A stretch of 22,948 nt of DNA from an uncultured Planctomycetaceae bacterium (GTDB taxonomy: Bacteria; Planctomycetota; Planctomycetia; Pirellulales; Thermoguttaceae): positions 1-22,948 of the forward strand of contig CAYTJV010000045.1 of NCBI GenBank assembly GCA_964438165.1, written 5' to 3'. Within the stretch, counting starts at the first letter, position 1, and every line of letters begins with the position of its first letter. The notes under the pieces were generated by a model. The model had not been told where the DNA came from. It did no database searches and saw only the letters and a list, made by a program, of their open reading frames with translations. Positions 1 through 8,850 of this stretch are shown piece after piece. The position numbers were made by a program, and so were the translations under genes.

Positions 1-555
1 GTAGCGGAGCAACTCGCGGAAATGGTCGGGCCGGAAATGGGGCTCTTGGACCAGGAGTTGGCCAAACTCGCCCTGAGCACGGGCCCGCAAGGAGAAATCA
101 CCTCCGAGATGGTGGCACGCCTTGTGGGCGCCTGGCGTGCGAAGACCGCTTGGGACATGCTCGATGCCGCCCTGGAAGGCAGAACCCCCGAAGCCCTGCT
201 CCAATTCGACCGGTTGATCCTCGCCGGCGAGCACCCCGTGGCGATCTTGGCCCAGATTTCGGCCTCCCTGCGGCGTCTGGCCGCGGCAACGCGGCTGGTG
301 CTGGCCGCGGAGGCAGCCGGCCGCCGTTTATCGCCCCGAAGCGCGTTAGAACAGGCCGGCGTGAAGGGCTACTTCTTAGATAAGACCGAACGGCAGCTTC
401 GCCGGCTGGGACGCCATCGCGGTCAGCAGCTTTACCGCTGGCTGCTCAAGGCCGACATGGATCTTAAAGGCGACAGCCCTTCCCCGCCCCGCACGATCCT
501 GGAACGCCTGGTGGTGCAGATCTCCGCGGCTCCCGGCCCAGTGAAGATAACGTAA
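1..555 (+). CDS. holA: DNA polymerase III delta subunit-like protein, 3' part (5' end lies outside the window)
   Basis: The reading frame is open from base 1 (the window starts inside the gene) and stops at 555. The C-terminal helical region matches the HolA pattern (…LDQELAKLAL…GEITSEMVARLV…AWDMLDAALEGRTPEALLQFDRLILAGEHPVAILAQI…). The assignment rests on remembered family features, not a search. Confidence 0.55.
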   Translation, partial: VAEQLAEMVGPEMGLLDQELAKLALSTGPQGEITSEMVARLVGAWRAKTAWDMLDAALEGRTPEALLQFDRLILAGEHPVAILAQISASLRRLAAATRLVLAAEAAGRRLSPRSALEQAGVKGYFLDKTERQLRRLGRHRGQQLYRWLLKADMDLKGDSPSPPRTILERLVVQISAAPGPVKIT

Positions 556-587
556 GTCCCCGCACGGAAACAAGTTGGGCAATCCAA

Positions 588-621
588 AAAACTTCCGAAG
601 TCTCGAAGACTTCGGAAGTTT
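588..621. repeat. Copy 1 of a 33-bp perfect palindromic element (AAACTTCCGAAGTCT-CGA-AGACTTCGGAAGTTT), flanked by an A-run and a T-run. It sits 33 nt downstream of the holA-like stop, consistent with a bidirectional intrinsic-terminator-like hairpin (15-bp stem, 3-nt loop).
   Basis: Read directly from the sequence. The same 33-mer recurs in inverted orientation at 11401-11433 and 21738-21770. It is stop-free in all six frames, which is why the ORF track reads through it as TSEVFETSEVF. Confidence 0.85.
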
Positions 622-754
622 GCGATCTTGTCATGGCGGACGGATTCGAGTATGATCCGCCCCCTCGTCTGCGGGAAGTCGTCTCGTGAGCTTGCCAAGA
701 CTGATCGTCATGGGTTTGCGATCCGCGCCGTACATCGGTCCGTGCCGTCGAATC

Positions 755-817
755 GTAGGGCAAGCTGCCAGCTTGCCGCGGTGCTGCCCACGGGCAAGCT
801 GGCAGCTTGCCCTACGA
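755..817. promoter_or_regulatory. Long inverted repeat made of two ~24-bp arms (CGTAGGGCAAGCTGCCAGCTTGCC … GGGCAAGCTGGCAGCTTGCCCTACG), each arm itself a near-perfect palindrome (GGCAAGCTG-C/G-CAGCTTGCC). It lies immediately 5' of the proposed lipoprotein start and is a candidate operator or RNA switch.
   Basis: Read directly from the sequence. Both strands translate to the mirrored peptide RRASCQLA…KLAACPTI in the ORF track, which reflects the palindrome. The function is inferred. Confidence 0.4.
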
Positions 818-2371
818 TTGTCGTATGTCGCGCTCCTGGCGTTGGTTTGTGGCGGTGGGTGCACGGCTTCGCCCTGGAAAGCGGCGTCGGTTGCGGCGAG
901 TACCGCGACCGCAGCCGGAGCCACTGCGGCCAAGGGTCCGGCGGCCATCACACCGGCCGCTTCCAAGAGCGAAGCCAGCCCTCCGGCCGCTTCCCAGCCG
1001 ACGGCAGCAGGAGTGTCAGGGCGTCCGTCGGCAGTGGCCAACTCGCCGGCCCAGCCTCCAGGGCCCGATCCCCGGGCGATCGACGACCTGGTGGCCCAGG
1101 TTGGCGAGCGCTACTCGCTCGATCCGGCCGCCAAGGTCCGACTGGCCCAGGATCTTCGTCAGACCAGTCCGGCATTGTGGCCGGCCTTGGTGCAGTCTTT
1201 TCAGGCTGCCTTAGCCTATCAGCGCCAGATCAAGGAGAAGCCGACGGCATCCAGCACGGGCCAATCGCCCACCTCGCCGGAAGGTCGCTCGCTCGGATCG
1301 TCTGCGATCCCCAGCGCCCCGGCTAATCCGAATCCTTCCCTGTCGCAAAATGCCGCCCTGACACAACCGGCTGCTACTGCGGACCTTGCCGAGGTTCAAT
1401 CCGCACCGTTGCCGCCGACAGCCAGTGTGCAGCCGCCGAACCTGCTGCCGTCGTACCCACGGACGGAATTCGCCGAGACCCCTACCGCGCCGCTTGCTCG
1501 GTCCGAGCGGCCGCTTCCACCGGCACCCGAGGGCGGGTCCTTCCGCTCGAAACGCGACGGTCCGGGAGAAAAGTCCGACTCCCACCGCTCTTCGCCAGCC
1601 GCCCCCGGCGCAGCCGAGGTGGTCGCCGCCTCGTACGTGGCGCCCGCGGGCGCCGCTTCGGACCCATGGCTGGAGCGACTCGATGGGGCGATCCGATCGC
1701 TGGAATCCGAGGCGCGCCACTCGCCGCAATCGTCGGCCGAATTGGCCCGCCAGGCCCGCTTGCGCCTCTTGTACCTTGCCGCCGGTCGTCGCGAGGATGC
1801 CCTGCGCCCGATCCCGTCGGCATCGCCTGCGATGCAGGATTCCTGGTCGCAGATGGTCTACGGGCTGGCCACCTGGATGGATACGGAGCGGTTCCCCGAT
1901 TCCGGCCGCCGCGCGGCGGAAGCCCGGCAGCAGCTCGTCGCCGCCGCCAATCGATTGGGCGAGCTGTCGCCGCTGCTGGTGCGCAATGCGAGCTTCGCCA
2001 AGGAAGTCAAGAGCTACGGCGACGTCACGCCGTTCGACAAGGCCGAGTTCACCCCCGGGCAAGAGGTTCTCCTCTACGGGGAGTTGGAGAACTTCAAGAG
2101 CGAGGAGACGCCCAAGGGCTTCCACACCCAGTTTCGCGGCAGCTACGAAATCTTCGACGCCCGCGGCCAGCGCGTGATTGCCCAGGATCTCGGCAAGACC
2201 GAGGAGCACTGCCGCAACCACCGCCGCGATTTCTTTCTGGTCTACAATTTCCGCCTCCCGAAACGGATCTACGGCGGCCGGCACACCCTGCAATTGACCG
2301 TCGAAGACCTGCATGGCCAGAAGATCGGCCAGTCGTCGCTGGAATTCACCGTCAAGGCGAGCGGCGAGTGA
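818..2371 (+). CDS. Hypothetical lipoprotein with a long Ala/Pro/Ser/Thr-rich low-complexity region and a conserved-looking globular C-terminal domain
   Basis: This is the long frame of ORF 686..2371. The sequence after the proposed TTG start at 818 reads MSYVALLALVCGGGC (a lipobox-like LVCGGGC). The stretch before it is Arg/Cys-rich and overlaps the inverted repeat, so the ATG at 686 is unlikely. The C-terminal ~200 aa are non-repetitive (…FTPGQEVLLYGELENFKSEETPKGFHTQFRGSYEIFDARGQRV…). The start codon is uncertain. Confidence 0.5.
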   Translation: MSYVALLALVCGGGCTASPWKAASVAASTATAAGATAAKGPAAITPAASKSEASPPAASQPTAAGVSGRPSAVANSPAQPPGPDPRAIDDLVAQVGERYSLDPAAKVRLAQDLRQTSPALWPALVQSFQAALAYQRQIKEKPTASSTGQSPTSPEGRSLGSSAIPSAPANPNPSLSQNAALTQPAATADLAEVQSAPLPPTASVQPPNLLPSYPRTEFAETPTAPLARSERPLPPAPEGGSFRSKRDGPGEKSDSHRSSPAAPGAAEVVAASYVAPAGAASDPWLERLDGAIRSLESEARHSPQSSAELARQARLRLLYLAAGRREDALRPIPSASPAMQDSWSQMVYGLATWMDTERFPDSGRRAAEARQQLVAAANRLGELSPLLVRNASFAKEVKSYGDVTPFDKAEFTPGQEVLLYGELENFKSEETPKGFHTQFRGSYEIFDARGQRVIAQDLGKTEEHCRNHRRDFFLVYNFRLPKRIYGGRHTLQLTVEDLHGQKIGQSSLEFTVKASGE

Positions 2372-2463
2372 ACTGCCTCACGTGCGATGCCCGGTAGGCA
2401 GCACGTCGAGACCACTACCAACAATCGCCCCATCGACACATCTTGTCCAACCGCGCTTTTCTA

Positions 2464-2483
2464 ACCCCAAATGGGGGTTTTTC
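2464..2483 (+). terminator. Putative rho-independent terminator: AACCCCAAATGGGGG followed by TTTTT
   Basis: A short GC stem (CCCC/GGGG) followed by a five-T run, ~95 nt downstream of the lipoprotein stop. The stem is short, so this is weak. Confidence 0.3.
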
Positions 2484-2569
2484 GCTCCGAAAAACCGCCC
2501 TGCAGCGGCATTGCAGCCCGTTAGAATCGGGCTAAACTAAAACAACTGGAGATTCAAGAAACCACGGTA

Positions 2570-2938
2570 ATGATAAGGTGGAACGGAGCAGTGGCTAGCC
2601 CTCGTCTGCAGGTCGCCAGGCACGACGACGTTTGGGTGATACGTTTCTTGGACCGGCAGCTCGTCGGAAGCCTACCCGATGAGCTAGGCGGAGAATTGTA
2701 CGCCGTGGCGGCTCAGGAGGATTGCACGAAGCTCCTCTTGAGTTTCTCTGGGGTCGATTTCCTCGCCAGCGACATGCTCGGCAAGGTCGTGGTCCTGAAC
2801 AAGAAGATGAAACAGAAGGGGGGCAAGCTCACGTTGTGCAGACTCTGCCCCTACCTCCGTGAAATCTTGGCGACTACGAAGCTTGACCTGATCCTCGATG
2901 TCAAAGACACCGAAGCCGAAGGTCTCATGGTGTCTTGA
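2570..2938 (+). CDS. STAS-domain protein (anti-sigma-factor antagonist, SpoIIAA/RsbV-like)
   Basis: 122 aa with the STAS pattern: a hydrophobic beta-strand (VWVIRFLDRQLVGSL), …LLLSFSGVDFLASDMLGKVVVLNKKMKQKGGKLTLC, and a C-terminal …ILATTKLDLILDV. No partner RsbW-type kinase is adjacent. Confidence 0.7.
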   Translation: MIRWNGAVASPRLQVARHDDVWVIRFLDRQLVGSLPDELGGELYAVAAQEDCTKLLLSFSGVDFLASDMLGKVVVLNKKMKQKGGKLTLCRLCPYLREILATTKLDLILDVKDTEAEGLMVS

Positions 2939-2954
2939 CAGAGGAGATCGAAAC

Positions 2955-4688
2955 ATGGCTCACCAGGATTCAGTCCCGACTCGGCCACAGGGAGGCGGAA
3001 CAGGGTTGCTGTCTCAGCACGGGCGCAACCTGGCGTGGTACGCGAGCGCCTGGGTGGCGCTTTTCATCGTGACGATCTTGCTCCACAGATCGCGCCGCGA
3101 GGCTGAAGTGGCGGCGACCGTTGTTCCCTCGCCTCCCGAATCCAGCACTCTCAAAGAGACCACTGTTTCCACTCGCGGGGACGAGGCGAAAGGCGATGAA
3201 CAGACCCAGAGCGACTGGCTGGGAAGCGGGCCCGTCGTCCAGATGCCTCCTCTGACCGAGCAGCGAGCGGCCATGCCGAGCGAAAACGAGCAGAAAACGG
3301 CCACCGCGTCTCTCCAACGGGACCAGGACGATCTCTTCGGGCGCAGATTCTCGGAGACAGAGCAGGAATACCGTGCGAGAGCGGCCGGGGGCTCGTACCA
3401 ATTGGCGACGCTGCTGAACCTCGACTCGCACCGTCGGTTTGTTCTTTTGAATCTGGCATGGCAGAACGCGGCTGTCAGCGGCGACGGCGCGCTTGCCCTC
3501 CGGGCCGCGGAGGACCTGACCGTGCAGTTTCGCTGGGATCCGATGAAGGCCAAGCTTCAAACCATCGAGCTTCTGGCAAAGTCCTACCGCGGCCGCGAGA
3601 ATTCCCGCAACGAAATAATCGCGACATTAATGAGTCAGCGCGACAAAGAAGAGGCCGCATTGGAGAGGCAGCGCGACAGAGAAAAGGCCGCGGCGAGCGC
3701 CTGGCCCCTGATGGCTTTCGTGGAAGAAGTGATGGGCGAGCGCGAGTACTATAACGCTCAGCAAGTCTGCAAATTAGCGGGCGATTTCAGTTACGAATCG
3801 TGGGACCAGCAAGCCCGTGAACGCTTCGCCACCCTGTCGGCACGGGTCGAGAAGGCCGTCGCCGAGCAGGCTGCTTTCCCGGAAGCGTTGGCATCGCTGG
3901 CAGAGAAAGCCCACGATCCGGAAGCCTCTTGGGTCGCAGGGCGCCACCTTTGCCTGGTCTTGGACAAGTGGCACGAGGGCCTTCCTTACCTGGCTCACGT
4001 CGCCGACAAGGACATTCGCGGCGCGGCGCTGCTCGAACTCGACCCCGCGCCGAAGAAGCCCCAGCAGCAAATCCTCTTGGGCGAAAAGTGGCGCCGTGCA
4101 TCCCAATCCCACGAAGGGATGGAGCGGGAATGCCTGATGCTCCGCGCCATCCTCTGGCACCGACGGGCCCGGTCCCGACTCGACGAGGGCCCGGTTCGAG
4201 GCAAGCTGGACCAGCGTCTGGAGGAGATGCTCCAGGAAATCGACCGACTCGCCGCGCTCCCACGCGTCTTTCCGCTGATCTATCCGCTGAGCAGGGTCGG
4301 GTACTGGAACCCCAAATTCGTCGCGCAGGAGCCGACAGTCCTGCACTGGGACATCACTCCTTTCGTCACTCTTTCAGGAAGATACGCAGTATGGCTCCAA
4401 TGCGGCAACGGCGCTCATCCCCTGCGGGTCGAGTGGGTGGTTCTCGGGCAGGACGGGAAAGACGGGAAGGAAATCAGCCGACACGTCAATCCTTCGGTCG
4501 CGGAGGGCGGCAAAGCGTGGCCTCAGTATACGATCGCGCTGGAGACTCCTGAGCCCGGCAAGCAATACGGCCTCTACGCTCGCGTCGAGGCAACCGGCAC
4601 GGCCCCGCACGGCTGTGTGCGGATGAAATACCTGGGTCCGCAGACGCCGGCTCCGTCGGCGCCCGGAGCGAGCGACACAAAACCTTAG
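2955..4688 (+). CDS. Hypothetical membrane-anchored protein (one N-terminal TM helix, charged coiled-coil segment, C-terminal globular region)
   Basis: A GAGGAG ribosome-binding site at 2941-2946 lies 8 nt before the ATG at 2955 (MAHQDSV…). A TM helix reads LAWYASAWVALFIVTILL. The ORF-track start at 2898 would overlap the STAS gene. No family is recognised. The gene ends 2 nt before the convergent gene at 4691. Confidence 0.6.
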   Translation: MAHQDSVPTRPQGGGTGLLSQHGRNLAWYASAWVALFIVTILLHRSRREAEVAATVVPSPPESSTLKETTVSTRGDEAKGDEQTQSDWLGSGPVVQMPPLTEQRAAMPSENEQKTATASLQRDQDDLFGRRFSETEQEYRARAAGGSYQLATLLNLDSHRRFVLLNLAWQNAAVSGDGALALRAAEDLTVQFRWDPMKAKLQTIELLAKSYRGRENSRNEIIATLMSQRDKEEAALERQRDREKAAASAWPLMAFVEEVMGEREYYNAQQVCKLAGDFSYESWDQQARERFATLSARVEKAVAEQAAFPEALASLAEKAHDPEASWVAGRHLCLVLDKWHEGLPYLAHVADKDIRGAALLELDPAPKKPQQQILLGEKWRRASQSHEGMERECLMLRAILWHRRARSRLDEGPVRGKLDQRLEEMLQEIDRLAALPRVFPLIYPLSRVGYWNPKFVAQEPTVLHWDITPFVTLSGRYAVWLQCGNGAHPLRVEWVVLGQDGKDGKEISRHVNPSVAEGGKAWPQYTIALETPEPGKQYGLYARVEATGTAPHGCVRMKYLGPQTPAPSAPGASDTKP

Positions 4689-4690
4689 CG

Positions 4691-6028
4691 TCAGGCTTCG
4701 ACGACCACGAATTCGCAGCCCGCGTCGGTCCAGGTATCGGGCGGCATTCGCTCCAAGGCGAGGCCCGCGCTTCTTAGACGTTCGATGGCCTTGTCGGCGC
4801 GGCCTTGCGGATCCAACAGGGCAAAGGGCCCGACTCCGGCGAACACGTCGAGCGGCTGGAGCGTGAACAGGGCCCGAATCCGCTCGATTCCCGGCGGGCT
4901 CCCGACGACCCACTCCCGGCTCTCGTCCGGTCCGTTCAGCCCCACCGGCGCGCCGGTCCGCAGCCGGTAGTTCTCCAACAGCACGTACACCTGCCCGCTC
5001 GTGCCCAGGTCGAGCAAGGTGAGATAACAGTCGCGGTCGGTCTGGGCGTTGAGCGTGAACCGCTCGCCGATGCGAAACCAATCGCGGCTGGTCCGCGGCA
5101 CGGTGACGATGTCCCGGCTGGTGGGCCGGTTGCTGCGATCGGTCCAAATCCTGCCCGAGAAGGTAGGCCGGGGCTGCGCGACGCGGTTGATGGCGTGGAC
5201 GAGCGCCTCGGGCTGACGCGACGAGTCGACCTGCTTCGCCTTTTGCGTAAAGGCGTCCTGGCGAACCGCCTCAGCGCAGAGTTTGCAGTGCCCCGGCACA
5301 CTCTCGTCCTCGTGTTTGCGGCAGACCGTCTTGCGGCAGCGGGAGCAGGCAAGCCCCTGGTCGGCCGCGACCGGGCGCCCGCACTGGCCGAACCCGCACG
5401 CCGTGCGCTGCTCCGCACCCGCCGGACGCAGGGCAATCGGCTCCCAGCGGCACTCCGGCGCGGAAGCGGCCTCGTTCCCGAGGCCGAAACTCAACAGGTC
5501 CTTCACGTCGCTGCCGTACATCTCCTTGAGCTGCGAGAAATCGAGATGGATTCCGCCTTCGATGCGGACGCCCGCGCCCTGGCGGTGTCCCTCTTCGTCG
5601 ATCCGCACGAAGAAACTGCGGTCCGGGCACTCGAACGCCACGCCCTCTTCGGGCTTGCCGGCGGGGGTGACGACCACCCGCAGCGTCTCGACGGGCAGGT
5701 CGCCCGCGATGCCCGGCCGAAAAGGGAAGCTCAGCACCAATGGCTCGCCCCGCCGGCCCAACCGGCAGTATTGCTCCAGTTCGCTCGGCTCCTGCTCCAC
5801 GTACTTGCCGCGCCCGTGCAGCAGGAGCCGCACGGTCACGTCGCAGTCCGCGTCGGCCACGCGGGTCGCGCGCAGGCGAAGCTGGCACAGGCTGCCCCGC
5901 ACGTGAGGCCGATGCGTCTCCACCTCGAGCACGACCTCCGCCGATGCGCCGAGCGGGCGCCCGCACTCGCTGCAAAACGACGCCCCCGGTTCGGGCACGG
6001 CTCCGCAATGACCGCACGCCAGGTCCAT
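4691..6028 (-). CDS. Zinc-ribbon protein with a DUF4384-like C-terminal domain (last gene of the minus-strand ESCRT-like operon)
   Basis: An AAGGAG ribosome-binding site precedes the ATG. The N-terminus has CxxC…CxxC (MDLACGHCGA…CSECG), with a second Cys cluster mid-protein (CGFGQCG…CSRCRKTVC…HCKLC). The C-terminus (DCYLTLLDLGTSGQVYVLLENYRLRTGAPVGLNG…) resembles DUF4384, which is often fused or adjacent to kinases and caspases. The DUF4384 call is from memory. Confidence 0.6.
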   Translation of the reverse strand: MDLACGHCGAVPEPGASFCSECGRPLGASAEVVLEVETHRPHVRGSLCQLRLRATRVADADCDVTVRLLLHGRGKYVEQEPSELEQYCRLGRRGEPLVLSFPFRPGIAGDLPVETLRVVVTPAGKPEEGVAFECPDRSFFVRIDEEGHRQGAGVRIEGGIHLDFSQLKEMYGSDVKDLLSFGLGNEAASAPECRWEPIALRPAGAEQRTACGFGQCGRPVAADQGLACSRCRKTVCRKHEDESVPGHCKLCAEAVRQDAFTQKAKQVDSSRQPEALVHAINRVAQPRPTFSGRIWTDRSNRPTSRDIVTVPRTSRDWFRIGERFTLNAQTDRDCYLTLLDLGTSGQVYVLLENYRLRTGAPVGLNGPDESREWVVGSPPGIERIRALFTLQPLDVFAGVGPFALLDPQGRADKAIERLRSAGLALERMPPDTWTDAGCEFVVVEA

Positions 6029-6040
6029 TGCGACTCTCCT

Positions 6041-7942
6041 TCACTGGAAGAACCGGTGTCCGCAATTGTCGCAGAACTTCGATCCGCTGGGGATCTGACG
6101 GTGGCAGGTCGGGCAGACGACTTGCGGACCCTGTTGCACAGGGCCGGGGGCGCCGGCCTTCGCGGCCGCCACGTCGGCCAGGCGGTCCATGCTTTGCCCG
6201 GCCATGGCCTGCACATCGCGGGCGTGCTCGCGCTCCTTGGCCGCCGCGGCTCCGGCCACCCGCTCCATCGAGCCCATCGCCTTTTCCATGACCCGCTCCA
6301 GCCGGTCGGCTTCGGATTCCTTGCCGGCGAGGATTTTTTCGTACAGGGCCTTGACCTCGGCGCTTGCCCCGGCCTGGACCTGGGCCTTGGCACGCTCGGC
6401 AATCGCCGCCGCCACCTGCGGCGAGTCCTTGGCCACCAGGGCCAGGATCTGGTCCGGGCTAAGGTCCTTCATCACCTCGGTTTTCTTCAGATCCGCCGCC
6501 AGCCGAGTCTGCTCCGCCTCGGAAAGGGCATGAATCCGCTCCAGCTCCCGCTTCGCCTCACGGTCCTTGGCCTCTTGCTCGCGGGCGATCCGCTGGGACT
6601 CCTCTTCGTGATCCAGCGCGACCTTCTTCTCGCGCAACCGCATACCCAATTCTGCCTTGCGTTCGACGATACGCACGTCGGCCTCGGCCTCGGCGATTCG
6701 CTCGTCGCGGCGGCCCTCGGCAACGCGTCGCTCGTGTTGTACCTTCTCCCAGTCGGCCTCCTGCCGGGCACGGAGATCATCCCGCCCGTACCGGATGCGG
6801 TTCTCCAACTCCGCGTCGGAAAGGGCGTGACGCTGGCGGAGCACGGCCAAGTCGTGCTCCAGATCGAGCTTCTCCAGCATGTGCCTCCGCGCCACATCCG
6901 CGTCTTCCCGCTTCTCGGTGAAGGTGCGCCGCAGTTCCTCCATTTCGTCGGCGCGGACGAGGTCCTTGAGGCCCAGCTCGTGCTCGGTCTGACGCACGAA
7001 ATCTTCGAGCTCCTTCGCCGACGAGAACTGATTCATGCGGTCCGCGGTGAGCGTTTCGCGCAGCCGGCGGTTGAGCGCTGCCCGGCGATCGGCGTCGTCG
7101 GCCCCTGCCTCGGCGAGGCAGGTTTCGCCGCGGCGATCGCGAAGGGCTTCGTAGGATCGGCACGCCACGTGCAACGACCTGAGCGCCACAAGCTCCAGGC
7201 CGCTGCGCCGCAGGGCAGGCTCGATCCGCTGTCGCAGGTCGTTTTCCAGCGCGGCCTTCCACTGTGGATCGGCATTGAGATCGGCAAGCGATGCCTCTTG
7301 GACGCGGGCCCGAACCGTGTCGGCGCACGCGCTGCGCACCAGGTCGGCCACCGCGGCCTTGGGGAGGCTCTCCCGGCCGTGCACCAGGTTGGTGAAAAAG
7401 GAGAGCGGGTCGGCCACGCGCACCACGACCTCGGCCGTCAGGTCGGCAACGACCTCTTCCCGGGTGCGGAGGTCCCGGTACTCAAGCCCCAGCGCGGTGT
7501 CGCCCGCGTCGACGAGGATCGCGCTCGCCGGCGCGGCGAGGTTGAGTCGGGCCGGCAGCCGGGCCAGGTCATAGTTCCCGGCGGAGACCACCGCGGCCAG
7601 CGCGCCGCGTTGAAACACGAGGGCCTGCGTGCCCGGCTCGACCACCAGACGCCGCCGGAACAGCCCGCGAAGGTCGGCGGCTTCGATCCGGCGGGCGAAC
7701 TCGTCGCCGGAGCGACTCCAACGGTTCAGGGCGTCGACCGGCGCCGGCTCGTCGTCGCTGCGGCCCGCGGAAGCGCCGCAATGGCTACACAACTTGGCGT
7801 CGGCCTTCAAGGGCTTACCGCAGGCGGCACACGTGCCCTGGCTGGAGGGAATGGGTCGGCCGCAGTGCGGACAAAAGGCCGCGCCCCAGCGGACCTCCTT
7901 GCCGCAATCGAAATGGGGACACTGGCGGGAGAGAATGCCCAT
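6041..7942 (-). CDS. Flotillin/SPFH (band-7)-like protein with N-terminal and C-terminal zinc ribbons and a long Glu/Arg/Ala-rich coiled coil
   Basis: The start is taken at the internal Met (MGILSRQCPHFDCG…), because the upstream extension is Arg/Trp-rich junk. The N-terminus has three CxxC pairs. An SPFH-like core reads VVEPGTQALVFQRGALAAVV…AILVDAGDTALGLEYRDLRTREEVVADLTAEVVVRVADPLSFFTNLV. A flotillin-like EA-rich coiled coil follows, and the C-terminus has CPTCH…CDNCG. It is a paralogue of the protein at 17005-18933. Confidence 0.6.
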   Translation of the reverse strand: MGILSRQCPHFDCGKEVRWGAAFCPHCGRPIPSSQGTCAACGKPLKADAKLCSHCGASAGRSDDEPAPVDALNRWSRSGDEFARRIEAADLRGLFRRRLVVEPGTQALVFQRGALAAVVSAGNYDLARLPARLNLAAPASAILVDAGDTALGLEYRDLRTREEVVADLTAEVVVRVADPLSFFTNLVHGRESLPKAAVADLVRSACADTVRARVQEASLADLNADPQWKAALENDLRQRIEPALRRSGLELVALRSLHVACRSYEALRDRRGETCLAEAGADDADRRAALNRRLRETLTADRMNQFSSAKELEDFVRQTEHELGLKDLVRADEMEELRRTFTEKREDADVARRHMLEKLDLEHDLAVLRQRHALSDAELENRIRYGRDDLRARQEADWEKVQHERRVAEGRRDERIAEAEADVRIVERKAELGMRLREKKVALDHEEESQRIAREQEAKDREAKRELERIHALSEAEQTRLAADLKKTEVMKDLSPDQILALVAKDSPQVAAAIAERAKAQVQAGASAEVKALYEKILAGKESEADRLERVMEKAMGSMERVAGAAAAKEREHARDVQAMAGQSMDRLADVAAAKAGAPGPVQQGPQVVCPTCHRQIPSGSKFCDNCGHRFFQ

Positions 7943-7994
7943 AGTCTCGTGCCTTTCACTGAGAAACGCTGAAGGACGGCCTGGAAAGGCCGTC

Positions 7995-8837
7995 TTACAC
8001 GATTTCTTCCATCTTGTCGAGCACCACCCAGTTGTATGCCAAGGCCGTGACCGCAGCCGCAACCAGCAGCAGGGCCGCCCAACCACGTTCCAGTTGGAAG
8101 CCCATCATGGCGTATGCGGCCGCGGTCCCCACGAAGGCGAGTCCCAAGAGCAACCCCAAGTTCACCGCGTTCGACTGGCGAGCCAAGGCTCGATGAAGCC
8201 ACGGCGCCAGCGCCAAGGGGAGCAGCAGGACCAGCGCCAGCCACGCCACCAATCGTATCGGCCAGGCGTAACTGGTGACCCTCGCGGCCGCCTGCGATCG
8301 CCCGCGATCGTGTACGACCTCGGCAGTCAGGCTCACCGGTTGTGATGGCTCGCGGGTCTCAACCAAGATCGCCTCCAGGACGGCTTCATCCCGATCGGTT
8401 CGGGCGGCCAGGCTGCGCACGCGGCCGGCCACCAAGTACTCGCTGTCGAGCCGACTGCCGGCCGCCGTGACGGCCGCCTCGAGGGCCAGTTCGTCGTTTT
8501 CGATGCCCAGCTCGCGCTTCACGTTTTCCCAGAGGGATGCCGGACGGACCGCGTATCGACCCGCGCGATCGATCGCCCGGCGCACGGCTTCCGTCACCAC
8601 GCCCGTGGGATCGCTTTCGAACCGGGCCACGACCAACGAGGGCCTTCCCGACGGCGCCGCGGGCAATCGCTCGGCAAGCTGCCGGGCTGCGTCCTCGACC
8701 AGGGCTCGGCGGGCAGGATCGAGCGGCAACGGACGGGAGCGGACCAGCATCCACCCTTGCGCGATCACGACCAGCACCACACCCAGCCGGGCCAACCCCG
8801 TGCCGGCGCGAATCAGTCGGCCGAGCCATCTGAACAT
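7995..8837 (-). CDS. Hypothetical polytopic membrane protein (N-terminal signal-anchor helix, soluble middle domain, about three C-terminal TM helices)
   Basis: The start is taken at MFRWLGRL (GGGAG ribosome-binding site 8 nt upstream). The ORF-track N-terminal extension would overlap the upstream gene. Hydrophobic segments read LARLGVVLVVIAQGW and WPIRLVAWLALVLLLPLALAPWL…LGLLLGLAFVGTAAAYAMMGF…ALLLVAAAVTALAY. Confidence 0.55.
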   Translation of the reverse strand: MFRWLGRLIRAGTGLARLGVVLVVIAQGWMLVRSRPLPLDPARRALVEDAARQLAERLPAAPSGRPSLVVARFESDPTGVVTEAVRRAIDRAGRYAVRPASLWENVKRELGIENDELALEAAVTAAGSRLDSEYLVAGRVRSLAARTDRDEAVLEAILVETREPSQPVSLTAEVVHDRGRSQAAARVTSYAWPIRLVAWLALVLLLPLALAPWLHRALARQSNAVNLGLLLGLAFVGTAAAYAMMGFQLERGWAALLLVAAAVTALAYNWVVLDKMEEIV

Positions 8838-8850
8838 GCTGTATGCTCCC

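Noticed and set aside
686-817. The ATG at 686 as the lipoprotein start, and the N-terminal extensions of several ORF-track entries (8086, 9014, 9507, 10722, 13811, 14544)
   Set aside because: The extensions translate palindromic or intergenic DNA into Arg/Cys/Trp-rich peptides and would overlap upstream genes. Internal starts with ribosome-binding sites and family-typical N-termini were preferred.
1211-2314. A 367-aa minus-strand ORF
   Set aside because: It is antisense to the lipoprotein gene. It is Arg/Gly-rich with no start context. The plus frame has the signal peptide and a coherent low-complexity architecture.
4805-7972. A 1055-aa plus-strand ORF
   Set aside because: It is antisense to two well-supported minus-strand genes (DUF4384 zinc-ribbon and SPFH). 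The translation is an Arg/Leu/Gly/Ala-rich string with no domain features, which is the typical GC-driven shadow ORF.
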